Assembly (NCBI GenBank): GCA_963777605.1
Contig: CAVZRV010000013.1
Coordinates: 150,520-214,519, forward strand
Source: an uncultured Acidobacteriota bacterium
GTDB taxonomy: Bacteria; Acidobacteriota; UBA6911; RPQK01; JAPXNP01
Length of the DNA: 64,000 bases
Reading direction: 5' to 3'
Both the position numbers and the translations under genes were made by a program. Below, in pieces: positions 34,861-44,733 of the stretch; within the stretch, counting starts at the first letter, position 1, and each line of letters starts with the position of its first letter. Below the pieces are notes generated by a model that did not search any database, had not been told where the DNA came from, and was given only the letters and a program-made list of their open reading frames with translations.

Positions 34861-37131
34861 ATGAGTAATGAAGCTCCTGAGAAAGCCGAACTGCCGGAAA
34901 CCACGACGGAAACACTGGCGATTACGGGAATGACCTGTGCCAATTGTGTGGCGGCGCTCGAGAAAGGCCTCAACAAACTGGATGGAGTGGTTGACGTCTC
35001 CGTGAACCTGGCCTCGGAACGGGCCCAGGTCTGCTACCTGCCGGAGCGACTCGGCCACGAAGACCTGGTGCGGCAGGTAGAACGTGTCGGCTACGGGGTT
35101 GTGGATATTCCGGACGAGATGGCCCCGGGAGCCCTTGACCTGGAACGGGAGGCCCGAGAGACCGAGGTTCGGCGTCAGGAGCGCTACTTTGTTGTCGGTG
35201 CAATTCTGACCGCACCGCTGCTCGCACTGGGCATGGCGCGCGATTTTGGTCTTCTTGGACTCTGGGCACAGGAATCCTGGGTCAACTGGCTTTTCTGGGG
35301 ACTGGCGACGCCGGTGCAGTTCTACGTGGGGCGCCAGTACTACGTAAACGGCTGGAAGTCTCTCCGTAACGGCTCCGCGAACATGGATGTTCTCGTGGCC
35401 CTCGGGTCGAGTGTGGCCTATTTCTTTTCCGTTGTCGTGACTCTTGGACTGGCTTCGGGACACGTCTACTTCGAAACCTCGGCGGCAATCATCACCCTGA
35501 TTGTGACCGGCAAGTTGCTCGAGGCCCGGGCCAAGGGGAGGACCAGCGAGGCCATCAAGCGCCTGCTGCGCCTCCAGCCCAAACGCGCCCTCGTCGTTCG
35601 TGCGGATGTGGAGGTTGAAGTCCCGGTCTCCGAAGTGCGCCGTGGCGACCTGATTCGGGTCAAGCCGGGCGAGAGTTTCCCGGTTGACGGAGTCGTTCTG
35701 GACGGGACAACGTCGGTGGACGAAAGCATGATTTCGGGCGAGAGTCTGCCGGTCTCCAAGCAGACCGGTGATCGTCTGATTGCCGGAACCCACAATCTCG
35801 ACGGATCGATACTTTTTCAAACCGAGGCGGTCGGGCATGACACCGTTCTGGCGCAGATTATCCGCCTGGTGGAATCGGCTCAGGCGAGCCGGGCCCCGGT
35901 CCAGCGGATCGTGGATCAGGTCGCCGCGGTTTTCGTTCCGGTGGTCGTTGCGTTGGCGATTCTGACTTTCGGAATCTGGTACCTGCTCGGCGCCGGGTTT
36001 GTGCCTTCGTTGATCCGTCTCGTTGCTGTCCTGGTCATTGCCTGCCCCTGTGCCATGGGACTGGCAACCCCGACGGCAATTATGGTCGGGACCGGACGGG
36101 GCGCCGAGTCCGGGATCCTGTTTCGGAGCAGCGAGGCATTGGAGCGAGCCCATCGCCTGAATGCCCTGGTCCTCGACAAGACCGGGACTGTGACTGAAGG
36201 ACGTCCCGAAGTGACCGGTTTCGTCGTTGATCCCGGTGTTGTGAAGGAGGATATTTTGCGCCTGGCCGCAGCGCTCGAGCAGCGCTCCGAGCACCCTATC
36301 GCGCAAGCCGTGGTGCGGGCCGCGGAAACCGTGGGCGGGAGCCTCCCGTCCCCGACGGAATTCCGCAATTACAGTGGGCGGGGCGTCGAAGGAATGGTAG
36401 AAGGTCAGTCCCTCTGCATTGGAACGCGGGAATTTCTTGAAGGGAAGGGAATCGACCTGCACCGCCTGGAGCGGGAATGGGCGGAGCTTGCTGGAAAGGG
36501 GGAAACCGTTGTCGGAGTTGCTATTGAGGGAGGCCTCGTCGGTCTCTTCGGGCTTGCCGATGCGCTTCGCCCGGAAAGTCCCGGGATTGTTGGCGAGTTG
36601 AAGGAGATGGGCCTGAAGGTGTTCCTGGTGACCGGTGACAATCGGGCGACAGCCGAGGCCATCGGCGCCAGACTCGACGTCGACGGTGTCGAAGGGGAGG
36701 TGCGTCCCGAAGGCAAGGCTGAATACGTCAAGCGTCTCCAGGAAAGTGGTCTGCGCGTGGGTATGGTGGGAGACGGAATCAATGACGCTCCAGCCCTCGC
36801 CCAGTCCGACGTCGGAATCGCCATGGGAACCGGAACCGACGTGGCCATTGAAGCGGCTGACGTCACTTTGGTCGGCGGCGGGATTGCCTCGGTCCCCCGG
36901 GCACTTCGGCTCAGCCGCGCGACCATGAGAACGATCTGGGAGAACCTGACTTGGGCGTTCGGCTACAACGTCATCCTGATTCCGGTTGCCGCCGGCGTTC
37001 TTTCCCCGTTCGACTGGGCCCCCGAGTTTCTTCGCCACCTCCACCCGATCCTGGCGGCCCTGGCGATGGCCCTGAGTTCGGTCAGCGTGGTCACGAACTC
37101 CCTCCGGCTCCGCCGGAAACGACTGGGGTAG
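34861..37131 (+). CDS. copA: Cu(I)-translocating P1B-type ATPase
   Basis: GMTCANC metal-binding domain, CPC, DKTGT, SEHP, GDGINDAP, YN and MALSS motifs. Confidence 0.95.
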   Translation: MSNEAPEKAELPETTTETLAITGMTCANCVAALEKGLNKLDGVVDVSVNLASERAQVCYLPERLGHEDLVRQVERVGYGVVDIPDEMAPGALDLEREARETEVRRQERYFVVGAILTAPLLALGMARDFGLLGLWAQESWVNWLFWGLATPVQFYVGRQYYVNGWKSLRNGSANMDVLVALGSSVAYFFSVVVTLGLASGHVYFETSAAIITLIVTGKLLEARAKGRTSEAIKRLLRLQPKRALVVRADVEVEVPVSEVRRGDLIRVKPGESFPVDGVVLDGTTSVDESMISGESLPVSKQTGDRLIAGTHNLDGSILFQTEAVGHDTVLAQIIRLVESAQASRAPVQRIVDQVAAVFVPVVVALAILTFGIWYLLGAGFVPSLIRLVAVLVIACPCAMGLATPTAIMVGTGRGAESGILFRSSEALERAHRLNALVLDKTGTVTEGRPEVTGFVVDPGVVKEDILRLAAALEQRSEHPIAQAVVRAAETVGGSLPSPTEFRNYSGRGVEGMVEGQSLCIGTREFLEGKGIDLHRLEREWAELAGKGETVVGVAIEGGLVGLFGLADALRPESPGIVGELKEMGLKVFLVTGDNRATAEAIGARLDVDGVEGEVRPEGKAEYVKRLQESGLRVGMVGDGINDAPALAQSDVGIAMGTGTDVAIEAADVTLVGGGIASVPRALRLSRATMRTIWENLTWAFGYNVILIPVAAGVLSPFDWAPEFLRHLHPILAALAMALSSVSVVTNSLRLRRKRLG

Positions 37132-37134
37132 GGC

Positions 37135-37233
37135 GTTCCTGGTTTCTGGTTCCTGGTTTCTGGTTTTGCCGGAGTAATTCAGGCAGCCTGCCTGGGATGT
37201 TTTCCGGGCAGCTTGCCCGGCGAATACATTCTC
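37135..37233. repeat. Dispersed composite repeat, copy 1 (heptamer tract plus two palindromes)
   Basis: (GGTTYCT)n, then GAGTAATTCAGGCAGCCTGCCTGG...CCGGGCAGCTTGCCCGGCG...ACATTCTC. Second copy at 38653-38753. Confidence 0.75.
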
Positions 37234-37415
37234 GAACCTGAAACTTCGTCAACATCGCTCAAGAGATTACCGGTGGCCTGACTTGTCTGGTCCCACAGAA
37301 TGTTACCCATGATCCTGACGGAGCCCTGCACCCCAGAAACCCGGAACCACGGAACCCGGAACCAGAATCTCCCCCGCAAGAATCCTGTATCTTAGAAAAA
37401 ACAGGAGGTTTTTCT

Positions 37416-37616
37416 ATGGCACAAGTTTGGGATGTTGTATGTGGAATGAAGGGAACCACGGAGAAGTGGAAATCCGTGTCGGAATATAAAGGAAAGCGTT
37501 ACTACTTTTGCTGTGACGGCTGCAAGGGAGCATTCGAACGGTCGCCCGACTATCACTTGGGAAACTTCGCCGAAGAGCATCCGAACGAGGCGGCAACTCC
37601 CTCGGAAAGTAAGTGA
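37416..37616 (+). CDS. YHS domain protein
   Basis: DVVCGM...YKGKRYYFCCDGCK..F...P..Y, AGGAGG SD. Next to copA. Confidence 0.88.
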   Translation: MAQVWDVVCGMKGTTEKWKSVSEYKGKRYYFCCDGCKGAFERSPDYHLGNFAEEHPNEAATPSESK

Positions 37617-37661
37617 ATCCTGTGCGGCGATGAGGCGCAATCAGAGAGGAAGGAGACGCGG

Positions 37662-38610
37662 ATGACTGGTCCCGTGGTCCACACCGTTCGAGGCCCGATT
37701 CCTGCCGATATGCTCGGTCGGACCCTCATGCACGAGCACCTGCTCGTGGACTTCGTCGGGGCCGGCCGGATCGGGCCCGGGCGATACGATCCCGACGAGG
37801 CATTCAAGGTACTGTTGCCCTATCTCAAGGCATTGCGCGACCAGGGTTTCGATGCCTTCGTGGAATGTACCCCGATGTACCTGGGTCGGGATCCGGAGCT
37901 CTTTCGCCGACTTTCGGCAGCTTCCGGGCTTCACCTCCTGACCAACACGGGCATGTATGCGGCCGGCGAGCGCGCCGGGTGAACCCGAACCCTACCTGCC
38001 CAAATACGCGTTCGAGCTGTCGGCCTCCGAGTTGGCGGGGACGTGGCTGAAGGAGTGGTACGAAGGGATTGCGGGTACGGGGATCCGACCGGGATTCATC
38101 AAGACCGGAGTGACTCCGGGCGGTTCACTTCGGCCGATTTCAGAAAAGATCATTCGAGCGGCGGCACATACCGTTCGCCGGACGGGACTGGCGATGGCCT
38201 GTCACACCGTGGAGGGAACCTCGGCCATGAGGATTCTCGAGATCTTCGCCGAAGAGGACGTTCCGGCTCACCGCTTCATCTACGTCCATGCTCAAGGTGA
38301 AAAGAGACCGGAGCTACCATCGAAAGGTCGCCGCGGCGGGTGGATGGGTTGAACTGGACGGAATCGGCCCTCAAAGCGCCGACCTTCACGCCGACGCCGT
38401 CATCGAACTGCTCGAACAGGGTTATGAGGACCGGATTCTGCTCAGCCAGGATGCCGGCTGGTACCGTCCCGGAGAGCCGGCGGCGGCGAGATCCGCGGTT
38501 TTACTTACCTGTGGGACGAATTCGTCCCGCTGCTCCGGCGACGGGGTGTTCCCGATGAGACCATCGACCACATCCTCGTCCACAACCCACGAGAGGCTCT
38601 GGCCGTCTAA
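37662..38610 (+). CDS. Phosphotriesterase-family amidohydrolase, three apparent frameshifts
   Basis: TVRGPI...TLMHEH, GFIKTG, CHT, YVH, LLSQDAGWY and ILVHNPREAL* are spread across successive frames. Confidence 0.8.
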
Positions 38611-38652
38611 ACCGAACCCGGGGCGGGGCTGACTGCAACTTCATCTGGCTCA

Positions 38653-38753
38653 GTTCCTGGTTCCTGGTTTCTCGGTCCTGGAGGGAGAGTAATCCAGGCA
38701 GCCCTGCCTGGTATGGCGGCCGGGCAGCTTGCCCGGCGGAAGTGAACATTCTC
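38653..38753. repeat. Dispersed composite repeat, copy 2
   Basis: Same heptamer tract and CAGGCAGCCCTGCCTG / CCGGGCAGCTTGCCCGG palindromes as 37135-37233. Confidence 0.75.
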
Positions 38754-38767
38754 AATCCAGGATACCG

Positions 38768-38938
38768 TCACTTCTTTGAGGGTAGCGACGCAGGTGAGTC
38801 GGATTTTTTGGGGCGGTGCGACACGTCGCACGACTTGCTCATTCAGGTAGGCACTCCCATCTTGGGGAGGATCCAGACTTGAAGAGCAAGCCAGAGGCCG
38901 ATGAAAAGAACAACCAGTATGAGATCGCCAAACTCCAT
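38768..38938 (-). CDS. Putative small membrane selenoprotein (56 aa, UxxxxC)
   Basis: GAGGA SD, then MEFGDLILVVLFIGLWLALQVWILPKMGVPT-UGA-MSKSCDVSHRPKKSDSPASLPSKK*. Perfect GTGCGAC-GT-GTCGCAC hairpin starts 11 nt after the UGA. Confidence 0.65.
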
Positions 38939-39031
38939 TTGAAACTATCCTCGGTTCTTTCGCTTCTTTAGATAATACCATTCAATTACCGAACCAGAAT
39001 TGCAAGATTTGTTCAGATAGGAGCCAATGCA

Positions 39032-39541
39032 ATGAGACTTTTCGTACCAGTGGCGGTGTTCTCGGTCTTGATGATGTCATTGTGGAGCGCGCCGGGAGTG
39101 GGAGATCAGGCGCCCGATTTCAGCCTCAAAGGTTCGGACGGGAAGACTTATCATTTGTCCGATTTCCGCGGCAAGATGCCGGTTGTGCTGGCGTGGTTCC
39201 CAAAAGCCTTCACCGGTGGCTGAACGCTGGAATGCAAATCGCTGCGTGACAGCGGTCAGGAACTCAAGGACCACAACGTTACTTACTTTGCCGCCAGTGT
39301 GGACGATGCCGAGACCAACCGGAAATTCGCCGAGTCTCTCGAACTCAACTACCCCATCCTGAGTGACCCGAATAAGAGTGTCGCCGCATCTTACGGCGTT
39401 CTCAATGACTCTGGAACCTACGCACAACGCTGGACCTTCTACATCGACAAGGACGGCAAGATCGCCCGCATCGACAAGTCGGTCAAGCCCGGATCGAGCG
39501 GCAGCGACCTGGTGGAGAGCCTGAAGTCCCTCGGCTGGTAG
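39032..39541 (+). CDS. Selenocysteine-containing peroxiredoxin (AhpC/TSA, BCP-like), exported
   Basis: ORFs 39032-39223 and 39299-39541 share one frame. The TGA at 39221-39223 occupies the peroxidatic position ([13 protein letters not shown]). SECIS-like hairpin at 39240-39254. Confidence 0.88.
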
Positions 39542-39704
39542 GACCAACCTGCCAGGTTGTCCTGTGGACTGGGCACGATCGTCGGACGATTCACCGGCTC
39601 GAAAAGCAAGCCTGTGGCAGGCTCCCGCTCGGGAGGTTCCGACCCCGAGGCAGGCGAGGACACTTGTTCAGCGCAGGCAGCGGTGTGCGCGTTAGAATAC
39701 AAGC

Positions 39705-40526
39705 GTGACCAAGACATTTCTGGAGCGGATTGCTCAGGTTGAGCTGGATCAGGTGAATTCGGTTTACGGACCGGTACGCAGCTGGCGGGTCGGGGCATCT
39801 TTGGGCATCGATCTTATCTGTGTCAACTCGGTCTGTTCCTTCAACTGCGGCTACTGCCAGTTGGGGACAATCCAGGTTCCCGTCAACGATCGTCATCTTT
39901 TCGTGCCGACAGAGAAGGTCCTCACCGACCTTTCCCACAGTGCCTGGCGAGACGCTGACGTGATTACTTTCTCGGGCAGCGGCGAACCGACACTCGCGCT
40001 GAACCTGGGCGAAGTGACTGAACGAATCAAGGAGGTCACCGAGAAGCCGACCCTGGTATTGACCAATGGAACACTCCTGCATCGGGAAGATGTCCAGGAA
40101 GAGCTGTGCCGTTCCGACCGGGTCTTCGTCAAGCTGGATGCGGTCACCGATGCCACCTTCAGACGGGTGAACCGTCCGGTCGATGGCGTGAGTCTGCCGG
40201 AGATCATCGAGAGCGTGGTGGCTTTTCGAAAGCGCTACCAGGGCTATCTCGGCATCCAGAGCATGTTCGTGCACTCGACCCGGGACCGGATCGACGACTA
40301 CGTTCGAGTTTTCTCTCGAATCGGACCCGACGAGATCCAGGTCAACACTCCGACCCGGCCCTATCCCGAGTCCTGGCACCTGGCCAGCCGGGGAAGTCAC
40401 GATGGCGTGGACTATCCGGCTCACGATCTCAAACCGGTCAGCACGGAACGCCTCCGCGAAATTGAAGCCGAGATCGCCACCCACCTTCCCGGAGTCCTGG
40501 TCCGGGGAGTCCGGCCCAGAGATTAG
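39705..40526 (+). CDS. Radical SAM protein
   Basis: VYGPV.S.R.G.SLGID, CSFNCGYC, SGSGEPTL, LTNG. Confidence 0.9.
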   Translation: MTKTFLERIAQVELDQVNSVYGPVRSWRVGASLGIDLICVNSVCSFNCGYCQLGTIQVPVNDRHLFVPTEKVLTDLSHSAWRDADVITFSGSGEPTLALNLGEVTERIKEVTEKPTLVLTNGTLLHREDVQEELCRSDRVFVKLDAVTDATFRRVNRPVDGVSLPEIIESVVAFRKRYQGYLGIQSMFVHSTRDRIDDYVRVFSRIGPDEIQVNTPTRPYPESWHLASRGSHDGVDYPAHDLKPVSTERLREIEAEIATHLPGVLVRGVRPRD

Positions 40527-40682
40527 CAGCCGTTGCGCCGGGCCCCGGGGCCTGCCCCCGACACGATTCAACAGGTTCCCTTTCTGGCTTGAAACGATTC
40601 GCGCAGGAAGTGCGGGGAGTTGCGGGGTGCGACGGGAAGGAAATCGCCGCAACTTTTGCTATACTACGCCTCTCCCGAATCC

Positions 40683-40759
40683 GGGCGGTTAGCTCAGCTG
40701 GTTAGAGCGCCGGTCTTACAAACCGGAGGTCACTGGTTCGATCCCAGTACCGCCCACCA
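40683..40759 (+). tRNA. tRNA-Val(TAC)
   Basis: GGGCGGTTAGCTCAG...CCGGT-CTTACAA-ACCGG...GGTTCGATCCC...CCGCCCACCA. Confidence 0.97.
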
Positions 40760-40766
40760 TTTAAAA

Positions 40767-41095
40767 TCAACAACTTACAGCGATTCGGAAAAGCAGTACG
40801 GTCCAGGCGTAAGGGCAGGGTAAAGGCATCGCCCATAAAGGCCCCCTCAGCGGCCCGTGACGGCGTTTTGTTTCCCCCCGGCCTAGCACCCGCTCGAACT
40901 CCGCTTCCGGCACCGCAGCATACTTCTGGGCACGGCTCGAGAGCTTCTTGTCGATCCCGGCTTCGGCCAAGGTGGGGCGGACCTCGGTTCCCGGAGAGTA
41001 CCGAGCTTTCATAGCGTCGCCACCGGTCGCCAACCCCACCGTCTGCTTCTGGAGTGCGATCAGTTCACCCAGGCGGCGCTCGGCACGGAACTGGA
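40767..41095 (-). pseudogene. Phage protein fragment
   Basis: RAERRLGELI...PTLAEAGIDKKLSSRAQKYAAVPEAEFE resembles a phage-associated helical segment. No proper start. Confidence 0.45.
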
Positions 41096-41312
41096 ATCAC
41101 TGGAAAAGCCCGAGGCCGAAGAACGGAAGAAATCTAGCCAACTTCAAGGAAAGAACTCTGACGGGGATCCCATCTTCGGTGGCGGTACCGTACCACCACC
41201 GAAGAAAAGAGGAAGAACCCGCGACATCGTGGGCGCTGCGGTGGGTATGGCCCTGGAGGCCGGGGGGGACGGCGTCACCAGGGCCGGCTTGCCGGTTCGC
41301 TGTCGGCAAGGT

Positions 41313-41798
41313 TCATAAATACCGAATCGCGAAGGTGTCTCCGGGCAATTCCGGCACCCACGGCCATGCTGCCAGCAACTCGGAGTCGCTCGGTTCCCGC
41401 ACTGCCTTCGGTTCATGCTGGAGTGCGAGGGCAACCTGGGCACGTTGACGTTCACGTTCTTCCCATTGATCGTGCGCCATCGCCAGGGCCCGCTGCTCCT
41501 CTTCGGGAGTGGTCTCGCCCAGTTCCATGAGCCGGCCACAGTCGCCAAACTGCTCTGCTTCCCTGGGTGTCCCGGTTTGTTCGTTCCACCATCGTGCCGG
41601 TCGGGTTCCGGGTCTCGCCTTGATCCGCCGCTGGATGAGCATATCCCGGTGAGTCTGCCAGGCCAGGCGCTCTGCACGCTCCGATGCGAACGGCGTCAGG
41701 TACGGGCCGCCCCGGGCGTCGATCAGCCAGCGCATTTCATCTTCGGACAGCTCAGTTCGCATCATTTCTCGGTCAATTCTCGTGCGTTTCGTCGTCAT
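41313..41798 (-). CDS. Satellite hypothetical protein
   Basis: 161-aa ORF 2 nt downstream of terS, with a RPGTRPARWW motif. Confidence 0.65.
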   Translation of the reverse strand: MTTKRTRIDREMMRTELSEDEMRWLIDARGGPYLTPFASERAERLAWQTHRDMLIQRRIKARPGTRPARWWNEQTGTPREAEQFGDCGRLMELGETTPEEEQRALAMAHDQWEERERQRAQVALALQHEPKAVREPSDSELLAAWPWVPELPGDTFAIRYL

Positions 41799-41800
41799 TT

Positions 41801-42130
41801 TTACACTCCCGACGGTCGCCCAGGGCGATCCCTGAGCGGTTCAATGTCCAGGTTGAGGGCTTTCAGGCTGTGCCGCTTCGATGATTCAGCATCCCTGATA
41901 CTCGCGAGCAGCGGGTGAGCCTTCTTTTGCCCGAAGCGATCCTCTACCAGGTCGCCCTCGACAGCGACAATGGCCCGCCAACGGGCGATGTCGTCTTCGG
42001 CTCGGCAGGCGGTTGTAAGGTGGGCCAGACCACCGGGATCGTCGATCTGATAGGCGTCCTGGATGGCCCGCCAGAGGGCTTTCCCCGGTTTTCGCAGGCC
42101 CGCCGGCGGTTTCGGGATCGTGTCAGTCAT
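41801..42130 (-). CDS. Phage terminase small subunit (P27-like)
   Basis: PKPP.GL...GKALW...DRFGQKKAHPLL...ALNL, typical of HK97/P27-type TerS. Confidence 0.8.
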   Translation of the reverse strand: MTDTIPKPPAGLRKPGKALWRAIQDAYQIDDPGGLAHLTTACRAEDDIARWRAIVAVEGDLVEDRFGQKKAHPLLASIRDAESSKRHSLKALNLDIEPLRDRPGRPSGV

Positions 42131-42412
42131 ATGTAAAGCCAAATTTTTTCAAAGCAAATGCTCAGTTCTGCGCGTGTCCTTGGCCCCAACCGGTTTCGCA
42201 AAACAAAAAGTTTTCAGGATTCACAGTAGCCCCCGGCCCCTCTTGTAGTCGGTCCTGGGCTCCGCCTCCCGTCAGAGACGAAGCCCGTGTGACCGTTCGG
42301 CGGCGTTGCCCACTCGAGGTGCCGCGCCCCTCGTCCACCTATTCCCTAAAGGCCCCGGTGGACTAGGGTGCCGGACTGCCAGCCGTGAAGCCGGAGCCCG
42401 GTCAGGAGAAAA

Positions 42413-43576
42413 CTAGATCGGGCTCGCCGTTGCCAAGCTGCCGTAAACGAACGCGCCGGCCCGGAAGATGGCAAATGCAATCCGCTCTTCGAGCCTCATG
42501 GCGATGAGATTCTGCGTGAAGTAGCTGTCGTGACTATTGCTCACCTCGAACACGGCCGCTTGCCTGTCGAAAATCTGGCACATTTGCGAGGATCCGACCA
42601 GGAAGGTGCCCGACGTCATCGCCGTGCTGACGATTGTCGGGATCCCCCAAATGCTGTACGCCGTCATCGGCTGATTGCTTAGGGGATCAACTGCCAGGTA
42701 GCGCCCGATGTTGCTGGACCCGGATGCGTCATCCTTCAACCCGCAGATCGCCCAGAAATCCGAAGGATTCAATACGATGAAGTTTGCTTCCTCGTCGGTT
42801 TCGGCGAGCTGGGAGATGGCGTGCCGAAGGTAATCCAAACGGTTGTCGCTGGTCGCGATCCGCGCCGTCTCGAAGGCGGTGGCATTCGTGACCAGTCCGC
42901 TGAGATGGACGCCCGTGCCGGAGCCGGTCAGAAGTTCGGCCTCCTCAACCTTTTTCAAGTCGTACAGGAGTTCCTGGTTGACGATCCGCTCCAGCTCGGG
43001 AAGGTCGTCGAGCACTTGTTTCGATGCGCTGATCCAGGACGCGTACAGTTGAACGTTCGAGTACTCGATCGTAAGACCGAGAGTCTGTTCAGCCTTCGCG
43101 CTGGCTTCGACCTGGGGACTGGCACCAGGAGTGGGTGCCGCGACTTTTAACCACTCGATCCTGTTGCTGTCGGTCGCCTTGGCCGGGAGGATATCCCGAA
43201 GGGTAAGCCGGCGCTTCGCGGCGGTTACGTAGTCGGTTCGGCTCGGCGTCAAGATGCCCGGGGTCGAGGATCCTGCACCACTTGAAGTGATGGTCGTGGC
43301 CCCGCGGGTCGGAGGAATCAGCCCCGGCAGCGCGATCGCGACGTTTCGCTTCACGTGTTTGAGCTCGGCGAACTTGTCGATGCTCCGGGAGAGTCCTCGG
43401 CCAGGTGAGGCCCCGCCTCCAGGCGGAACGTCGGATCCATCCGAAAACGTCTGCCGCGCGCTGATCTCGTTGAGCTGCTCGGCCAGAGCCTGACGGTTGA
43501 GGCCGTCTCCTCGCCTTGCGCCGGGCCTTTTTGAATTCCTCTTGAATTTCGGCTTTCGATATTGTCAATTATTCAT
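42413..43576 (-). CDS. HK97-fold major capsid protein; N-terminal scaffold/delta region apparently frameshifted
   Basis: E...K, ASKQVLDD.P.L, ELL.GSG, IVLNPSD, WGIP, F.QNLIAMR.EER...R.AF. The reading frame extends upstream of 43354 (QALAEQLNEI). Confidence 0.85.
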
Positions 43577-43777
43577 GATTATTCATCCAATCCTATAGTT
43601 GTAGAGGCACAATTTGTTTAGGGAAACGGATTGGATCGGCAGGAGCTCCCGACATCCCGTCGAGCAGCTTGCTGCGTGCATCCCGCGACACAGCATGATC
43701 CCCTTTGCGTTTCGTTCTTCCCGAACGTCTGGCGCGCCCGGCATCCCGCGCGAGTCGGCCCACAATATCCACGTACA

Positions 43778-44014
43778 TTATACGTTCCGATGCTGACATC
43801 TAGTTACTATCTCAATCTCTCGAGTTGAGCGATGCGGCGATCGTGACGCATTGATGATATTGAGAGCCACCCTGATCAGCTCATTCTGCGCCTTGATCAG
43901 TGCCACAACATCAGGAACGCGCTCGCCGGTGTCCTCGACCTCGCAAAGTCGTTGCGCGTGCTCGTGCGTTAATTGGGTCAAACAATCAATCGCGATCTTC
44001 GCTTCGTCGCTCAT
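43778..44014 (-). CDS. Satellite hypothetical protein
   Basis: MSDEAKIAID... preceded by a GGAGGAG SD. Confidence 0.5.
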   Translation of the reverse strand: MSDEAKIAIDCLTQLTHEHAQRLCEVEDTGERVPDVVALIKAQNELIRVALNIINASRSPHRSTREIEIVTRCQHRNV

Positions 44015-44465
44015 CGCTCCTCCAGTCGGTTCGGGTTGATTCTCTTCGATGCAACGCCCGCCGATGTCGTGATTCGACCCGGCGCGTGATTTCCCCATCC
44101 ACCCAATCAAGGAGAGTCACCGGGTTAATTTCTTCGCGGAACGCTCGATCCGTGATCTCTTGCAATCGTTTACGGAAGAGCGTTTGTCGATACTGGGATA
44201 AGTTCATTGCAGCCGCCCCATCCGTTTCAGGATCGCGACGATTGCCGATCCGGACTTCAGCGCCGAAAGTCAAGACGTCACCGTCGGCCAGCACCTCGCG
44301 ATGAACATCTCCAAACTCCTGAATGATCGCGTCCTCGAATAATCGCATCACCGGAAGCGGTCCCGATAACGTCATTTCGACCTGATCAAAATCCGAATCG
44401 CTGATTGAGCTACTGAGCCCTATTCGATTTAGGCTTCTTTGAATTTGCTCCGTTGTTTTTCTCAT
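43986..44465 (-). CDS. Satellite hypothetical protein
   Basis: 159-aa ORF coupled by ATGA overlap to the upstream gene. Confidence 0.55.
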   Translation of the reverse strand: MRKTTEQIQRSLNRIGLSSSISDSDFDQVEMTLSGPLPVMRLFEDAIIQEFGDVHREVLADGDVLTFGAEVRIGNRRDPETDGAAAMNLSQYRQTLFRKRLQEITDRAFREEINPVTLLDWVDGEITRRVESRHRRALHRRESTRTDWRSDERRSEDRD

Positions 44466-44728
44466 CCGAAGACCGTTTCGACTACCTTCAATTCCAGGTT
44501 TTCCGACGTCTTCGGTCGCCAGTTATCCGTAAGGTCTTCTTCGATCCAATCCGCGAGTTCACGTAGATAATCAAGTGCTGTGTTCCGGTCGGTATCCTGA
44601 AGGATCCTTACCACAATCGGCCGAAAGTCCGATGTTTCCACTTGGTTGAGGTGCGCTTCGTCAATTTCAACTGCGGATCTTGCTTTGTCATTAATCTGAA
44701 TTGCTTCCATTCTGTCCTCCCATTGCAT
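44462..44728 (-). CDS. Satellite hypothetical protein
   Basis: 88-aa acidic ORF within the co-oriented gene run. Confidence 0.55.
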   Translation of the reverse strand: MQWEDRMEAIQINDKARSAVEIDEAHLNQVETSDFRPIVVRILQDTDRNTALDYLRELADWIEEDLTDNWRPKTSENLELKVVETVFG

Positions 44729-44733
44729 AACTG

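Noticed and set aside
34858-37044. Long antisense ORFs (728 aa opposite copA; also opposite ahcY, the carbamoyltransferase and lnt)
   Set aside because: High-GC codon-bias shadows with no recognisable motifs.
37975-37985. TGA at 37980-37982 in the phosphotriesterase gene as a third Sec codon
   Set aside because: The homologous sequence continues in a different frame (GEPEPYLP), so this is a 1-nt indel. There is no Cys-equivalent position.
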